Shown here one piece after another: positions 47,910-56,496 of a stretch of DNA of 64,000 bases. Each line of letters begins with the position of its first letter. Positions within the stretch are counted from its first letter, which is position 1. Where the stretch lies: the NCBI GenBank assembly GCA_013343275.1, contig CP046106.1, positions 96,001 to 160,000 on the forward strand, written 5' to 3'. The DNA comes from Candidatus Nanohaloarchaea archaeon (GTDB lineage: Archaea; Nanohalarchaeota; Nanosalinia; Nanosalinales; Nanosalinaceae). The translations under genes and the position numbers were made by a program. The notes under the pieces are model-generated. The model saw nothing but the letters and a program-made list of their open reading frames with translations. It did not search any database and was not told the DNA's origin.

Positions 47910-48539
47910 ATGATAGGCCGTCTTAAAAAGTTAATATCTGATCTATTCAGCTCAACTGAACAGGATGACATAAGTATAGGCCTTTATGGTCCTCCAAACG
48001 CAGGTAAGTCCACGCTCGCTAACCAGATCTCCAAGGATTTAACAGGAGAGGAAATGAGCAATGTTTCGGAGGTGCCTCACGAAACCAGGGCTGTAGAGAA
48101 GAAGGAGCAGGTAACACTGGAAGCTGAGGACGGCCGGACGATCGACATGAATCTTCTGGACATGCCAGGTATTTCCACCAATGTAGATTTCCAGGACTTT
48201 ACAGAGCACGGCCTTGAAGAAGAGGAATCGAAGGATCGTGCAAAAGAAGCGACAAAAGGAATTGTAGAGGCTATCAAGTATCTTGATGATGTCGATGCAT
48301 GTCTTGTGATCTTTGATTCGACTGAGGATCCTTACACTCAGGTAAATGTTACTATAATTGGAAACTTGGAGGCCAAGGATATCCCGATCTTGATCCTGGC
48401 GAACAAGACGGACCTTGAGGATGCTGATCCTTCCAGAGTCCGTGATGCTTTCCCTCAACACCCTGTTCTGGAGGTTTCTGCGAAGGAAGGTGAAAATATT
48501 GACAAACTTTATCAGGAAATAATTGAAAGGTTAAGTTGA
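47910..48539 (+). CDS. oapA: Era-like small GTPase (OapA)
   Basis: IGLYGPPNAGKSTLAN, PHETR, DPYTQVN, ANKTD. Confidence 0.9.
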   Translation: MIGRLKKLISDLFSSTEQDDISIGLYGPPNAGKSTLANQISKDLTGEEMSNVSEVPHETRAVEKKEQVTLEAEDGRTIDMNLLDMPGISTNVDFQDFTEHGLEEEESKDRAKEATKGIVEAIKYLDDVDACLVIFDSTEDPYTQVNVTIIGNLEAKDIPILILANKTDLEDADPSRVRDAFPQHPVLEVSAKEGENIDKLYQEIIERLS

Positions 48540-48928
48540 TGAGCGACGATGGAGTTACAATAGAATTTCTCTCAAGAGACAAGCTTTCCGGCCACGAGCT
48601 TGACGACAAGCTCGACTTGGTGCTGGAGAAGGTGAAGGACGACGCAGTCCTCGTACTTGAGGAAGGATGGACTCCTGAAGAAAAGCGTACGCTCATCACC
48701 GATGCAATGGAGCAGGTGGACGACGAATTCCCGGGAATCGAGTTCATGGGGCTTAACTCCGGTCAGTCAAGACTTGACAAGGCCCGTAATCTTGTATATG
48801 ACAAACTTTTCGATGAGAAACCGCGCAGAGGCCTGACAATTGTCGGTAACTCCCGTGTAATGGAGAAAATCAAGGAAGAGAGGGACGCTGTTTCGTTCCT
48901 CGCAAAACTTGAGAATGAAAAGGAGTAG
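48536..48928 (+). CDS. oapB: DUF2073 family protein (OapB)
   Basis: VLEEGWTPEEK..LI..M...FPGIE, GLTIVG; operon context. Confidence 0.85.
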   Translation: MMSDDGVTIEFLSRDKLSGHELDDKLDLVLEKVKDDAVLVLEEGWTPEEKRTLITDAMEQVDDEFPGIEFMGLNSGQSRLDKARNLVYDKLFDEKPRRGLTIVGNSRVMEKIKEERDAVSFLAKLENEKE

Positions 48929-48982
48929 GTCGAAAATCCTATGGCAGATTTTCTTGATCAGACTTCACGAGGTGAACTCTAA

Positions 48983-49363
48983 GTGCCTCACCGTTGTATG
49001 AACTGCGGTAAAACTTACGATGAGGATTCTGAGGAGCTTATCTCTGGATGTGAATGCGGTTCATCTCTTTTCATGTATGAGAACGAGCCGGAGGCCTCTG
49101 AAGAAGAGGAGGTTGAGGAAGAGCTGGTTAAATCTGATATCGAGGAGATGGTTGCCGCCGGTGAGAAGCAGAGAGGCAACATCAGTATAGAGTTCGACCT
49201 CGAATCGATCAAAGTTGAGGAAGAAGGAGTCTACAATATCAATGTCTCCCGACTCCTGGAAGAAGTACCACTTGTAATCGAGAAAAGAGAGGGAACATAC
49301 CATATACACCTGCCTTCAGCCTTCAACAGGCAGGACAGAAATGTAGATGTTCAGGATCTGTAG
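48983..49363 (+). CDS. oapC: Zn-ribbon protein DUF2072 (OapC)
   Basis: MPHRCMNCG...GCECG..F; GVYNINV. Confidence 0.85.
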   Translation: MPHRCMNCGKTYDEDSEELISGCECGSSLFMYENEPEASEEEEVEEELVKSDIEEMVAAGEKQRGNISIEFDLESIKVEEEGVYNINVSRLLEEVPLVIEKREGTYHIHLPSAFNRQDRNVDVQDL

Positions 49364-49418
49364 CCTGAAGCTTTAAATCGAGGCCTTCTAAACTTTAACT
49401 TAAGGTGCACGGTTTTTT

Positions 49419-49700
49419 ATGAGCGAAGACGAAGATACGGAAGAAGTGCGGGAGAAAGATGTTTTCGGCCTTCCTAAGCTTACATTAAATGCTGAAGTTG
49501 GAATCTCCTTCACGTTGTTCATCCTGGGGTCGCTGTTACTGTTCTCAGTGCTTTACCCGATGAGATACTCTGCAGACCTGATGCCTGCATACCTAGGCTT
49601 CCTGATGATCATGGTGGCCTACTTTTTCAGTATAGAGGCAATCAGGGAGCTGGAGGATAAGGAGCACTACCTTTCCGAGAGACTGATGGGCGGCGAGTGA
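49419..49700 (+). CDS. Two-TM protein
   Basis: Hydrophobic profile. Confidence 0.65.
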   Translation: MSEDEDTEEVREKDVFGLPKLTLNAEVGISFTLFILGSLLLFSVLYPMRYSADLMPAYLGFLMIMVAYFFSIEAIRELEDKEHYLSERLMGGE

Positions 49701-49749
49701 TTGACACTCTTCAGTTACAAATAAAACTCTTAACCATTCTATTTTTTCT

Positions 49750-50031
49750 ATGGCCAGCAGGGAACTTGACCTCGACTTCGAATTTTCAAACGATGAACTA
49801 GCAAATTTTCTGGAAAGCTTCGCAGATAAGATAAGAGAAGGAGAAGTAGGCCTGAGCTTCAAAGGTAAGGAAGAAGTAAGAATCGAGCCAAACCAGGAGA
49901 ACACATTAAGTATGGAGTTCGAGGAAGGCGACGAATACCGGGAACTTGAAATAGAGTTCGTACTCAAGGAAGAAAGAGCGGTATCCAAGGACGCTGACGG
50001 AAGAAAGAAGATCTCAGTAGAAATAGTATAA
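49750..50031 (+). CDS. Amphi-Trp domain-like protein
   Basis: ELANFLESFADKIREGEV..EVRIEP..ELEIEF. Confidence 0.75.
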   Translation: MASRELDLDFEFSNDELANFLESFADKIREGEVGLSFKGKEEVRIEPNQENTLSMEFEEGDEYRELEIEFVLKEERAVSKDADGRKKISVEIV

Positions 50032-50087
50032 AAATAATTTCCTTCTCTACTTTTGTCTTCCTTGGGAGCTGAGACAGCAGAATATTT

Positions 50088-50465
50088 CTAATTCCCGAAG
50101 CTCTCAAGCACTTCAATCATCCGGGCGTTCTGCTCTATAATCTTGTCCAGCTTCTCCTCGATATTCGAGGAGTTCATAGAACCTGAACCTTCGGATACAT
50201 CCTTGCTGCTGTTCTGACTGCTCTGAGTCATAGGGTTGCTACCTGAGGAATCGCTGCCGCTACTGGAACTGTCCTTCTGCAGGCCTCCCTCCTCAAGCAC
50301 CTCTATAGGAGTATCATCTTCCTCCTGATTATCGGCGTTCTTCTCAGCCTCTTCACGGAGTGTGGAGAAGTTTCCTGGGCCTCCACCTCCTCCGCCATCG
50401 CTGGCGCTCTTGGCTTTTTCCTTTTCATCCTTTACAGAATCCTTCACGTTATCATAGTAGCTCAT
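50088..50465 (-). CDS. Low-complexity acidic protein with C-terminal EQN helix
   Basis: Ser/Gly-rich; LDKIIEQNARMIEVLES. Confidence 0.7.
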   Translation of the reverse strand: MSYYDNVKDSVKDEKEKAKSASDGGGGGGPGNFSTLREEAEKNADNQEEDDTPIEVLEEGGLQKDSSSSGSDSSGSNPMTQSSQNSSKDVSEGSGSMNSSNIEEKLDKIIEQNARMIEVLESFGN

Positions 50466-50817
50466 TTTCTATATCACCTTTCAACTTGTCGTTGCTGTCG
50501 TCCTGAGTATCTCGAGTATTTTTTACATCGCTGTCCGGAATGCTTTCAAGCAGCTGGATAATCCTCTCGTTCTGCTCGTGGATATCCTCCAAAGTAACCT
50601 TGCTCTCATCCACCGCATTGCCATCGCCTTCAGCACTTGGAATAGCAATACCGCTACCGCTGCTGGAATCAGAGTCACTGTCCTGACTCTTGCTATCCTT
50701 GCCCTGGCTGACACGGGCCTCGTTACCTCGATCACGGCCTTTACGTGAGTTATCGGCAGGGCTGATAGAAACCTCTTCCTCCTCGGAGTCGGAATTCCCT
50801 CTATTATCGAACAGCAT
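50452..50817 (-). CDS. Low-complexity acidic protein with EQN helix
   Basis: Start MLFDNRG at 50817; LEDIHEQNERIIQLLES. Confidence 0.7.
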   Translation of the reverse strand: MLFDNRGNSDSEEEEVSISPADNSRKGRDRGNEARVSQGKDSKSQDSDSDSSSGSGIAIPSAEGDGNAVDESKVTLEDIHEQNERIIQLLESIPDSDVKNTRDTQDDSNDKLKGDIENELL

Positions 50818-50870
50818 AAAGAGAGACTTTACAGTCCTGAAATAAAAGCTTTGCCGGGACAACGGTAAAC

Positions 50871-51350
50871 ATGAAAGTAGAAATAAAACCAACCGAGAAA
50901 CCAGAACAGCTGGAAGACAACCTTGAGAAACGAGCAGAAGACGCAGAAACCAGTAACGGCCACGTAATAGCCGAGGTAAGAAACCCGGCAATCATTGAGA
51001 GGCTTCCAGGAGTAGAGAAATACTGGATCGACGATGAGGAACACGAAGGCCTCAAAGGAAGACCTGTACAGGAACAGGCCTACGCCCGAATACACTCCAA
51101 AGAAGACTTAGTGAAGGCCTTCCTGGCAACAGTCGACGGCTACGACCTGAGAATTCTAGACTGCGGCGATGAATGGGATCTCAGGCTGTTGAAAAGGTTC
51201 AACCCTGATATCAAGGAACTGGAGTTCGACGAACCAAAGGAAGTGCTCGGAATCAATAAGGCACTTTTCCAGCATGAAGGCCTTGAAGAGATAGAGATAG
51301 AGGTCGACCAGGAAGACATTCAAATGGTTTACGAATTCATGATGTACTAG
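50871..51350 (+). CDS. Hypothetical protein
   Basis: Host-like acidic ORF. Confidence 0.7.
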   Translation: MKVEIKPTEKPEQLEDNLEKRAEDAETSNGHVIAEVRNPAIIERLPGVEKYWIDDEEHEGLKGRPVQEQAYARIHSKEDLVKAFLATVDGYDLRILDCGDEWDLRLLKRFNPDIKELEFDEPKEVLGINKALFQHEGLEEIEIEVDQEDIQMVYEFMMY

Positions 51351-51408
51351 TCGTGAAGTTCCGTTGCAAAACTTAAAATTGATTGACTACTAAGATATGT
51401 GATATAGA

Positions 51409-51720
51409 ATGGAAAAGGAGATAGATTTCGACCGCGTAGAATACGCAACTAACAGAGAGATAGAAAACGATGAAGGAGAGAAAACCGGCTACGTCAAAAT
51501 GTTTTCCTATGATACAGAGCTGTACTTCTACGAGATCGAATGCCCTTACTGCCAGAACGTTTTCGAGGGTGAACAGGAACTAGACCAGCGACCTTGGTGG
51601 ATCGAATGCCCTGACTGCACGAGAAGCATCAACGTCTACCGCATCAAGGACAAGGCCGAGAAAAAAGTCAAGAACCGAGGCCCTGAAGGCGTAGAAGACG
51701 CAGACGTAGACGTCACATAA
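51409..51720 (+). CDS. Zn-ribbon protein
   Basis: CPYC...CPDC. Confidence 0.75.
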   Translation: MEKEIDFDRVEYATNREIENDEGEKTGYVKMFSYDTELYFYEIECPYCQNVFEGEQELDQRPWWIECPDCTRSINVYRIKDKAEKKVKNRGPEGVEDADVDVT

Positions 51721-51722
51721 AC

Positions 51723-52421
51723 TTATTCATCAATTCTTCTTTCCTCATATTCGTTCAACATAAAGGCCATCGCTTCTTCAGGCCCTACATCGTTCTCAAG
51801 TAGATTGTTGTAGCTTTCAGCAGCCAGTTCTGTCTCCTCTGCTAGAGCTTCAGGATCGGAGTAGTTGGAGTCGCGTAGACTATCTACTCTTCTATCGACT
51901 TTTCTATCCTCTTCTAGGATGCCTTCTCTGTACATGTTCAGTAACTGGGTTGAGGCCTCTGTGACAGGGAGGTTGTCTGAAAAAGTTCCTTCATAGCGGA
52001 GCTCCTGATCTCTGTGCTTTAGTTCATGTGCAACGCTACCGACAGGATCGAACTCAGAATACGTTCCATCGCGGGTTCTGGTAAAGACAAGAACTTCGTC
52101 CTCGCCGTGAATATAGGCTGCGCCCTGAGTTAGGTCAAGATCCTCGTCTATATAATCTACATCCTCTCTATCATCTACAATAACTAAATCTGCTTCGTCA
52201 ACAGCAGGATCAACATCAAACTGCGACAGGTAATCGCTTCCTGCTTCAAGAAGCCGGCCTTCAAAACCATCTTTCCTCTCATTAAGTTTACTGACTTCTT
52301 TCTTTGTCAGGCCTCTACTGTTTTCTAACACAGGCTCTCCATCCATAACAGACTTCATATCATCGGACCAGAATCGCTCCTCGTCTTTGACTTCGTCTTC
52401 TTCAGTAACAGGACGCGGCAT
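51723..52421 (-). CDS. Zincin-like metallopeptidase
   Basis: VAHELKH...VTEAST (HExxH plus downstream E). Confidence 0.65.
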   Translation of the reverse strand: MPRPVTEEDEVKDEERFWSDDMKSVMDGEPVLENSRGLTKKEVSKLNERKDGFEGRLLEAGSDYLSQFDVDPAVDEADLVIVDDREDVDYIDEDLDLTQGAAYIHGEDEVLVFTRTRDGTYSEFDPVGSVAHELKHRDQELRYEGTFSDNLPVTEASTQLLNMYREGILEEDRKVDRRVDSLRDSNYSDPEALAEETELAAESYNNLLENDVGPEEAMAFMLNEYEERRIDE

Positions 52422-52451
52422 AACTGTTGTTACTCATAGATAAATAAAAGT

Positions 52452-53411
52452 TTACTGGTGGAGCTCGGACTCGGAAATATACTTTTTCTCTTCACCTAGC
52501 CAGTCTCTAATCTGGCCCGCTAATTCGCTTCCATATTTCTTCAGATTATCTATCTCGGAGACAGTGGTTCCGGTATCTTTAGATTTACTCAGCGGCTTCC
52601 CCTGCTCGTCGGCAATCATCGGGCCAAGGAAGTAGGCCGGCGTCTCTCCGCATGCAAGGTCGGTGATTCTCGCGACTTTAAGCACCTTGGAAGTCTTCTG
52701 ACCCTTCTCCGCATCCCTGTAGTCGCCGCCAAAAACATGCACCGCGACATCCCGGCCAGGATCACGCACAGGATCAACCAGGTAATAAACACCGATAGGC
52801 CCGTCAAGAGAAGTAGATGAGAAACCGGAGCTGCATTCAGAGCTCCAGCACGAATGCACCATCTCATCACACTCGCTGGAAAAGGCCGAACCCTTCGCAT
52901 GAGAGAAACCACAGCTACTGCATACACCAGTCACAGGAGACCGATACCTTCTCCTGAAGCCGCCGCCAAATATCTCGTCAAAATCATCAATATTATTCAA
53001 AACATTACGCAAGGCCTGAAGATAGGACTCATCACGGTAATCAGAAAGATAGTTAACCTCAATATCGACAGTTTCGGCCTCAAGGCCTTCCAGAAAATCT
53101 TTGATCTCATCTACTCTATGCTCAGCAACGTTCTCATGTTTTCCGCAGCTGCAGTCTCGCTGGAAAAACAATTTCATCACTCTGCTGTTGTCAGGCCTGT
53201 GATGCTCGTGGATGTGCGCGCTCCAGTCAGTATCGCAGCACCAGAGATCCAGCTCCATACCCAGTTCATCGGCGATCACCGCCGCATAACCGATACTTAA
53301 CAGGTTACCGACGTGAAGCTCTCCTGAAGGCCTGAATCCTACAGCAACTTTCTCTCCTTCCACGTTCTGAATTTCCTGAAAATCTGACGTGATCTCAAAA
53401 TCCTTCTTCAT
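52452..53411 (-). CDS. Class I lysyl-tRNA synthetase catalytic-domain paralog lacking the anticodon-binding domain
   Basis: GFRPSGELHVGN (HIGH), CGKHENVAEH, PVTGVCSSCG, GGDY, GKPLSKSK (KMSKS); ends about 40 aa after KMSKS. Confidence 0.75.
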   Translation of the reverse strand: MKKDFEITSDFQEIQNVEGEKVAVGFRPSGELHVGNLLSIGYAAVIADELGMELDLWCCDTDWSAHIHEHHRPDNSRVMKLFFQRDCSCGKHENVAEHRVDEIKDFLEGLEAETVDIEVNYLSDYRDESYLQALRNVLNNIDDFDEIFGGGFRRRYRSPVTGVCSSCGFSHAKGSAFSSECDEMVHSCWSSECSSGFSSTSLDGPIGVYYLVDPVRDPGRDVAVHVFGGDYRDAEKGQKTSKVLKVARITDLACGETPAYFLGPMIADEQGKPLSKSKDTGTTVSEIDNLKKYGSELAGQIRDWLGEEKKYISESELHQ

Positions 53412-53553
53412 ACAGCTTGGTTTAAGTTCTCAAGATTCAAAAAAATAGCAAACATCTTTCGCTGTAACTTATCTAAATTTCTGCAATACACATAATTAGC
53501 TCCCGACCACCAACCATATTTAACAGTTAACACCTCCTACAACAAATACACAG

Positions 53554-53628
53554 GCCTCGATGGCTCAGCCTGGCTAGAGCGGCCCCCTTGTAAGGGGCAG
53601 GTCGAGGGTTCAAATCCCTCTCGGGGCT
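53554..53628 (+). tRNA. tRNA-Thr(TGT)
   Basis: Cloverleaf; anticodon arm GCCCC-CTTGTAA-GGGGC. Confidence 0.97.
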
Positions 53629-53663
53629 TAATCTGAAAGCGAGGTGTGCGGAGAAAAATATTT

Positions 53664-54446
53664 TTATTCTTCTATCTGCTGCCTTATATGATCTAATCTT
53701 TCATCTTCGCCTCTGATATTGTCCTCTACTCTTTTCACAACTTTTATGAAGTTTTTTAAGCCTATTTTCCCTCCTTCGGCTTCGCCAGCATTTAATACTC
53801 TCTCAATTTGGTTTATCCGGTCAGAAGATATCTCTTCAGCATACTTCACTGCTTTAAGTTCATCTTCGGGCATAGAAATACTTCTTTTGCTCTCCTCATG
53901 GTTTGAAAGGTGTTCCAGATATTTGAGATGTCTCTGGATTTTAGCATATTTGCTTTTCAAGGGTGTAAGCGATAGAGAACCTCGCCCATACAGATAATGG
54001 TTAATGGGACCGTTAGCATTCTTCTCTATCTTTCCTTCTGAATCTATTTTGCTCAATCTTTTTTCCAGAGATCTATCAACTTTCTCTATCCTTTCTAGAT
54101 TGTACTCAAATAGAGCATCGTAAATTGCTTTATAGACCTCTTTGTGGGAAATATCTTCTTTTCCTCTCAAATCGAATTTTTTCTTACTTCTTCCACCTGG
54201 CACCTTGTAATACTCCTCTTCGTTAAATTTGTCGATCAAGAAATCAATCCGGGAGTCAGCAGCCTCAAAAACTTCTTTCAACTGCTCTTTGCTAGATGTC
54301 TTATCTAACTGGTTCATGCCACCACTCGCAATAAAATGAACCGCCTCTTCCCGCCCTTTTCTATCGACGAGACCTAATTTTGAAAAGAAATCATCGAACT
54401 TCTTCTCGAGTTTTGATGGCATTGAAACTATGTTTTCTGACCTCAA
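53664..54446 (-). CDS. AT-rich, Lys-rich hypothetical protein
   Basis: Long ORF with atypical composition next to a tRNA. Confidence 0.6.
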   Translation of the reverse strand: MRSENIVSMPSKLEKKFDDFFSKLGLVDRKGREEAVHFIASGGMNQLDKTSSKEQLKEVFEAADSRIDFLIDKFNEEEYYKVPGGRSKKKFDLRGKEDISHKEVYKAIYDALFEYNLERIEKVDRSLEKRLSKIDSEGKIEKNANGPINHYLYGRGSLSLTPLKSKYAKIQRHLKYLEHLSNHEESKRSISMPEDELKAVKYAEEISSDRINQIERVLNAGEAEGGKIGLKNFIKVVKRVEDNIRGEDERLDHIRQQIEE

Positions 54447-54644
54447 ATAAAAATTCTTTTATCTTAACAGATGGTTTTCTAAGAGGGCAAGGCTTTCAGA
54501 GTCTCTTTTTCTTCCCCTCTTTCTTTGACTCTCCATACTCCCTCGGTTTTGGAGTTGTAGCTGTTCTTATGCCTCAATAAAGGATAGATACTGCTGCGGA
54601 AATAATATTCCTACTATTTAAAGTTGAGGCCTCAAGTTTTCTGT

Positions 54645-54821
54645 ATAGGTTCCCGTTGCATTTGTGAGGTGTAGCGGATAGACCTGCTCAGGAACTCTTT
54701 TTGGGGTTCTAGGGGTCGGAGGCTTTGTTGATCTTCAGTCCCTTAATGAGTTTGCTTTTTTCTCGAGTTTTCAGATTTTTTTGGTAGCCCGGGTTTTGCT
54801 TGGCGGCTGGCCGGGCTAAAC
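54645..54821 (+). ncRNA. Candidate structured ncRNA
   Basis: TTTAAA box near 54617; four G-U-rich hairpins (54653-54677, 54691-54710, 54711-54744, 54785-54818); no ORF. Confidence 0.5.
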
Positions 54822-54825
54822 ACAC

Positions 54826-55098
54826 TTATTCCTCTGATTCCTGGGCCTCGACTTCTTTCTCGAACATCTCTGGCAGTTTCTCCACTACATGATCTACAGC
54901 CTTCTCATCTGTCGGTACTGTGAACCTTTTCTTGTACTGCGGTTCTTCGTCCTGGTAGAAGCCGGTGGCGATCTGCAGGAAGCTGTTCTCCGATCCGTCG
55001 TCCTGTATGGCCTTATTGCGGCTTACCTCGATGAATTTTTCTCCTGGAAAGTTTCCGTAGTCTCGTCTTTCTTTCTCGATTGTTTCAAATTCTACCAT
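54826..55098 (-). CDS. Small beta-rich protein, possibly PC4/whirly-like nucleic-acid binding fold
   Basis: MVEFETI...FIEVSRNKA...FLQIATGFY...KKRFTVP; fold inferred from strand/helix pattern. Confidence 0.6.
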   Translation of the reverse strand: MVEFETIEKERRDYGNFPGEKFIEVSRNKAIQDDGSENSFLQIATGFYQDEEPQYKKRFTVPTDEKAVDHVVEKLPEMFEKEVEAQESEE

Positions 55099-55251
55099 GA
55101 TATCAGGTAGTTTTACGGTAGAATTTGATTTAAGCATTCTTCCTCTGGAAGATGCGTTTCTCAAACTCTACCATATCTGATTTTTGAGGTAAAAGCTATT
55201 TGTAGAAAAGGGATTCAAAAATAGGAGAACTGTATGATGAAGCAAGGCCTG

Positions 55252-55329
55252 TTATTCGTCGTCCTCTTCTTCGTCTTCATCGTTGTCTTCTTCCATCTTG
55301 CTGAACTTCTTTGTAAGGCCTAGTCCCAT
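55252..55329 (-). CDS. Putative 25-aa acidic microprotein
   Basis: MGLGLTKKFSKMEEDNDEDEEEDDE; TTTAAATA box about 25 bp upstream. Confidence 0.5.
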   Translation of the reverse strand: MGLGLTKKFSKMEEDNDEDEEEDDE

Positions 55330-55394
55330 AACGTGGTGTGGTATAGGTCTGTATTTAAAGAGAGCGGATAGAAGAAAAGAGGTAAATCCGGGGT

Positions 55395-56366
55395 TTATTC
55401 TTTTTCTTCGATGTCGAGGCCTTCCATGAGGTCTCTGTAGCCTTTCCGGACTGTGACTTCTGTTACTCCTACTGTGTCTGCTATCTCTGTCTGTGTGAGT
55501 TCCTGGTCTCTCTGCTGTGATGCGAGGTAGATCGCTGCGGCTACGATGCTGCCTGGGCTTCTGCCTGCGAGAAGGTTTTCTCTTCTTGCGTCAAGGATGT
55601 ATTTCCGGGCCTGTGCCTGTGTCTCTCCTGAGATTCCGAGTTCCTCGGAGAACCTCGGCAGGAAATCTTCTGGTTTAACTGGTGTAATTCCTAGGTCGAG
55701 TTCTTTGGCGATGTACCGGTAGGTCTGGCCCAGCTTTCTCTTGTCGACGCCGCCTTCGTCCGAGATCTCCTTCATTGTACGTGGGATTCTCTGATTTCTT
55801 GCCACGATGTATACCAGTGCCGCGACAACCCTCTCGATTCTCCGACCTTTGATCAGACCTTCTTCCAGTGCCTTCTCGTAGAGTCTGGATGCTTCCTCCT
55901 TGACGGTTTCCGGGAGGTTGAGAACATCGACCAGCCGACCTATATCTCTGAGAGCTGTCTTCATCTTCTTGTCTTTAGACTCGCCGATCCTGTTCTGCCA
56001 CTTCTGCATCCTGTAGTACTGCCCACGCTTACCTGACGAAACATTTCTCATCTCGGAGCCACGGCCTATCGAGGTCCGGATCCCTTTACCTGCTTTAGTA
56101 TATGTTATAGGTGAACCTGTTCGGGCCTTCTTCTGTTTCTCCTCTGCTGAGAAAGCTCTAGGGCTTGCTGACTCCTCTACACGGTCCTCGTCAACAACTG
56201 TGCCACATTCTCTGCATATAAGCTCTGCCTGCGCCGATTTCTCTATAAAATCGGAAGCACCGCAGTTAGGGCACTTGAATCCTTCCTCTTCGTTTTTCTC
56301 TTCGGCCTCTTCCGGCCCTTCAAACTTGGTGTCTTCACTATCTACATCTACTTCTCCCATAACCAA
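55395..56366 (-). CDS. tfb: Transcription initiation factor IIB, paralog 2
   Basis: CPNCG..ELICRECG, RAFS, KGRRIE, GRSPGSIVAAAIY, VGVTEVTVR. Confidence 0.95.
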   Translation of the reverse strand: MVMGEVDVDSEDTKFEGPEEAEEKNEEEGFKCPNCGASDFIEKSAQAELICRECGTVVDEDRVEESASPRAFSAEEKQKKARTGSPITYTKAGKGIRTSIGRGSEMRNVSSGKRGQYYRMQKWQNRIGESKDKKMKTALRDIGRLVDVLNLPETVKEEASRLYEKALEEGLIKGRRIERVVAALVYIVARNQRIPRTMKEISDEGGVDKRKLGQTYRYIAKELDLGITPVKPEDFLPRFSEELGISGETQAQARKYILDARRENLLAGRSPGSIVAAAIYLASQQRDQELTQTEIADTVGVTEVTVRKGYRDLMEGLDIEEKE

Positions 56367-56496
56367 TCACCTTCACTATTATATGGACAGAAAGCTTCAA
56401 AAACCTTTTCCTCGGTAAATACAGGGCCTCTACCAGTGTTTAACAGTATCTCTCATCTGGGTCGGTGATTTAATACCTGAAACCGGTAATTATGTC

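Noticed and set aside
54785-54821. H/ACA guide RNA (hairpin followed by ACA)
   Set aside because: Hairpin too short for a pseudouridylation pocket and no K-turn; the same applies to 60306-60340
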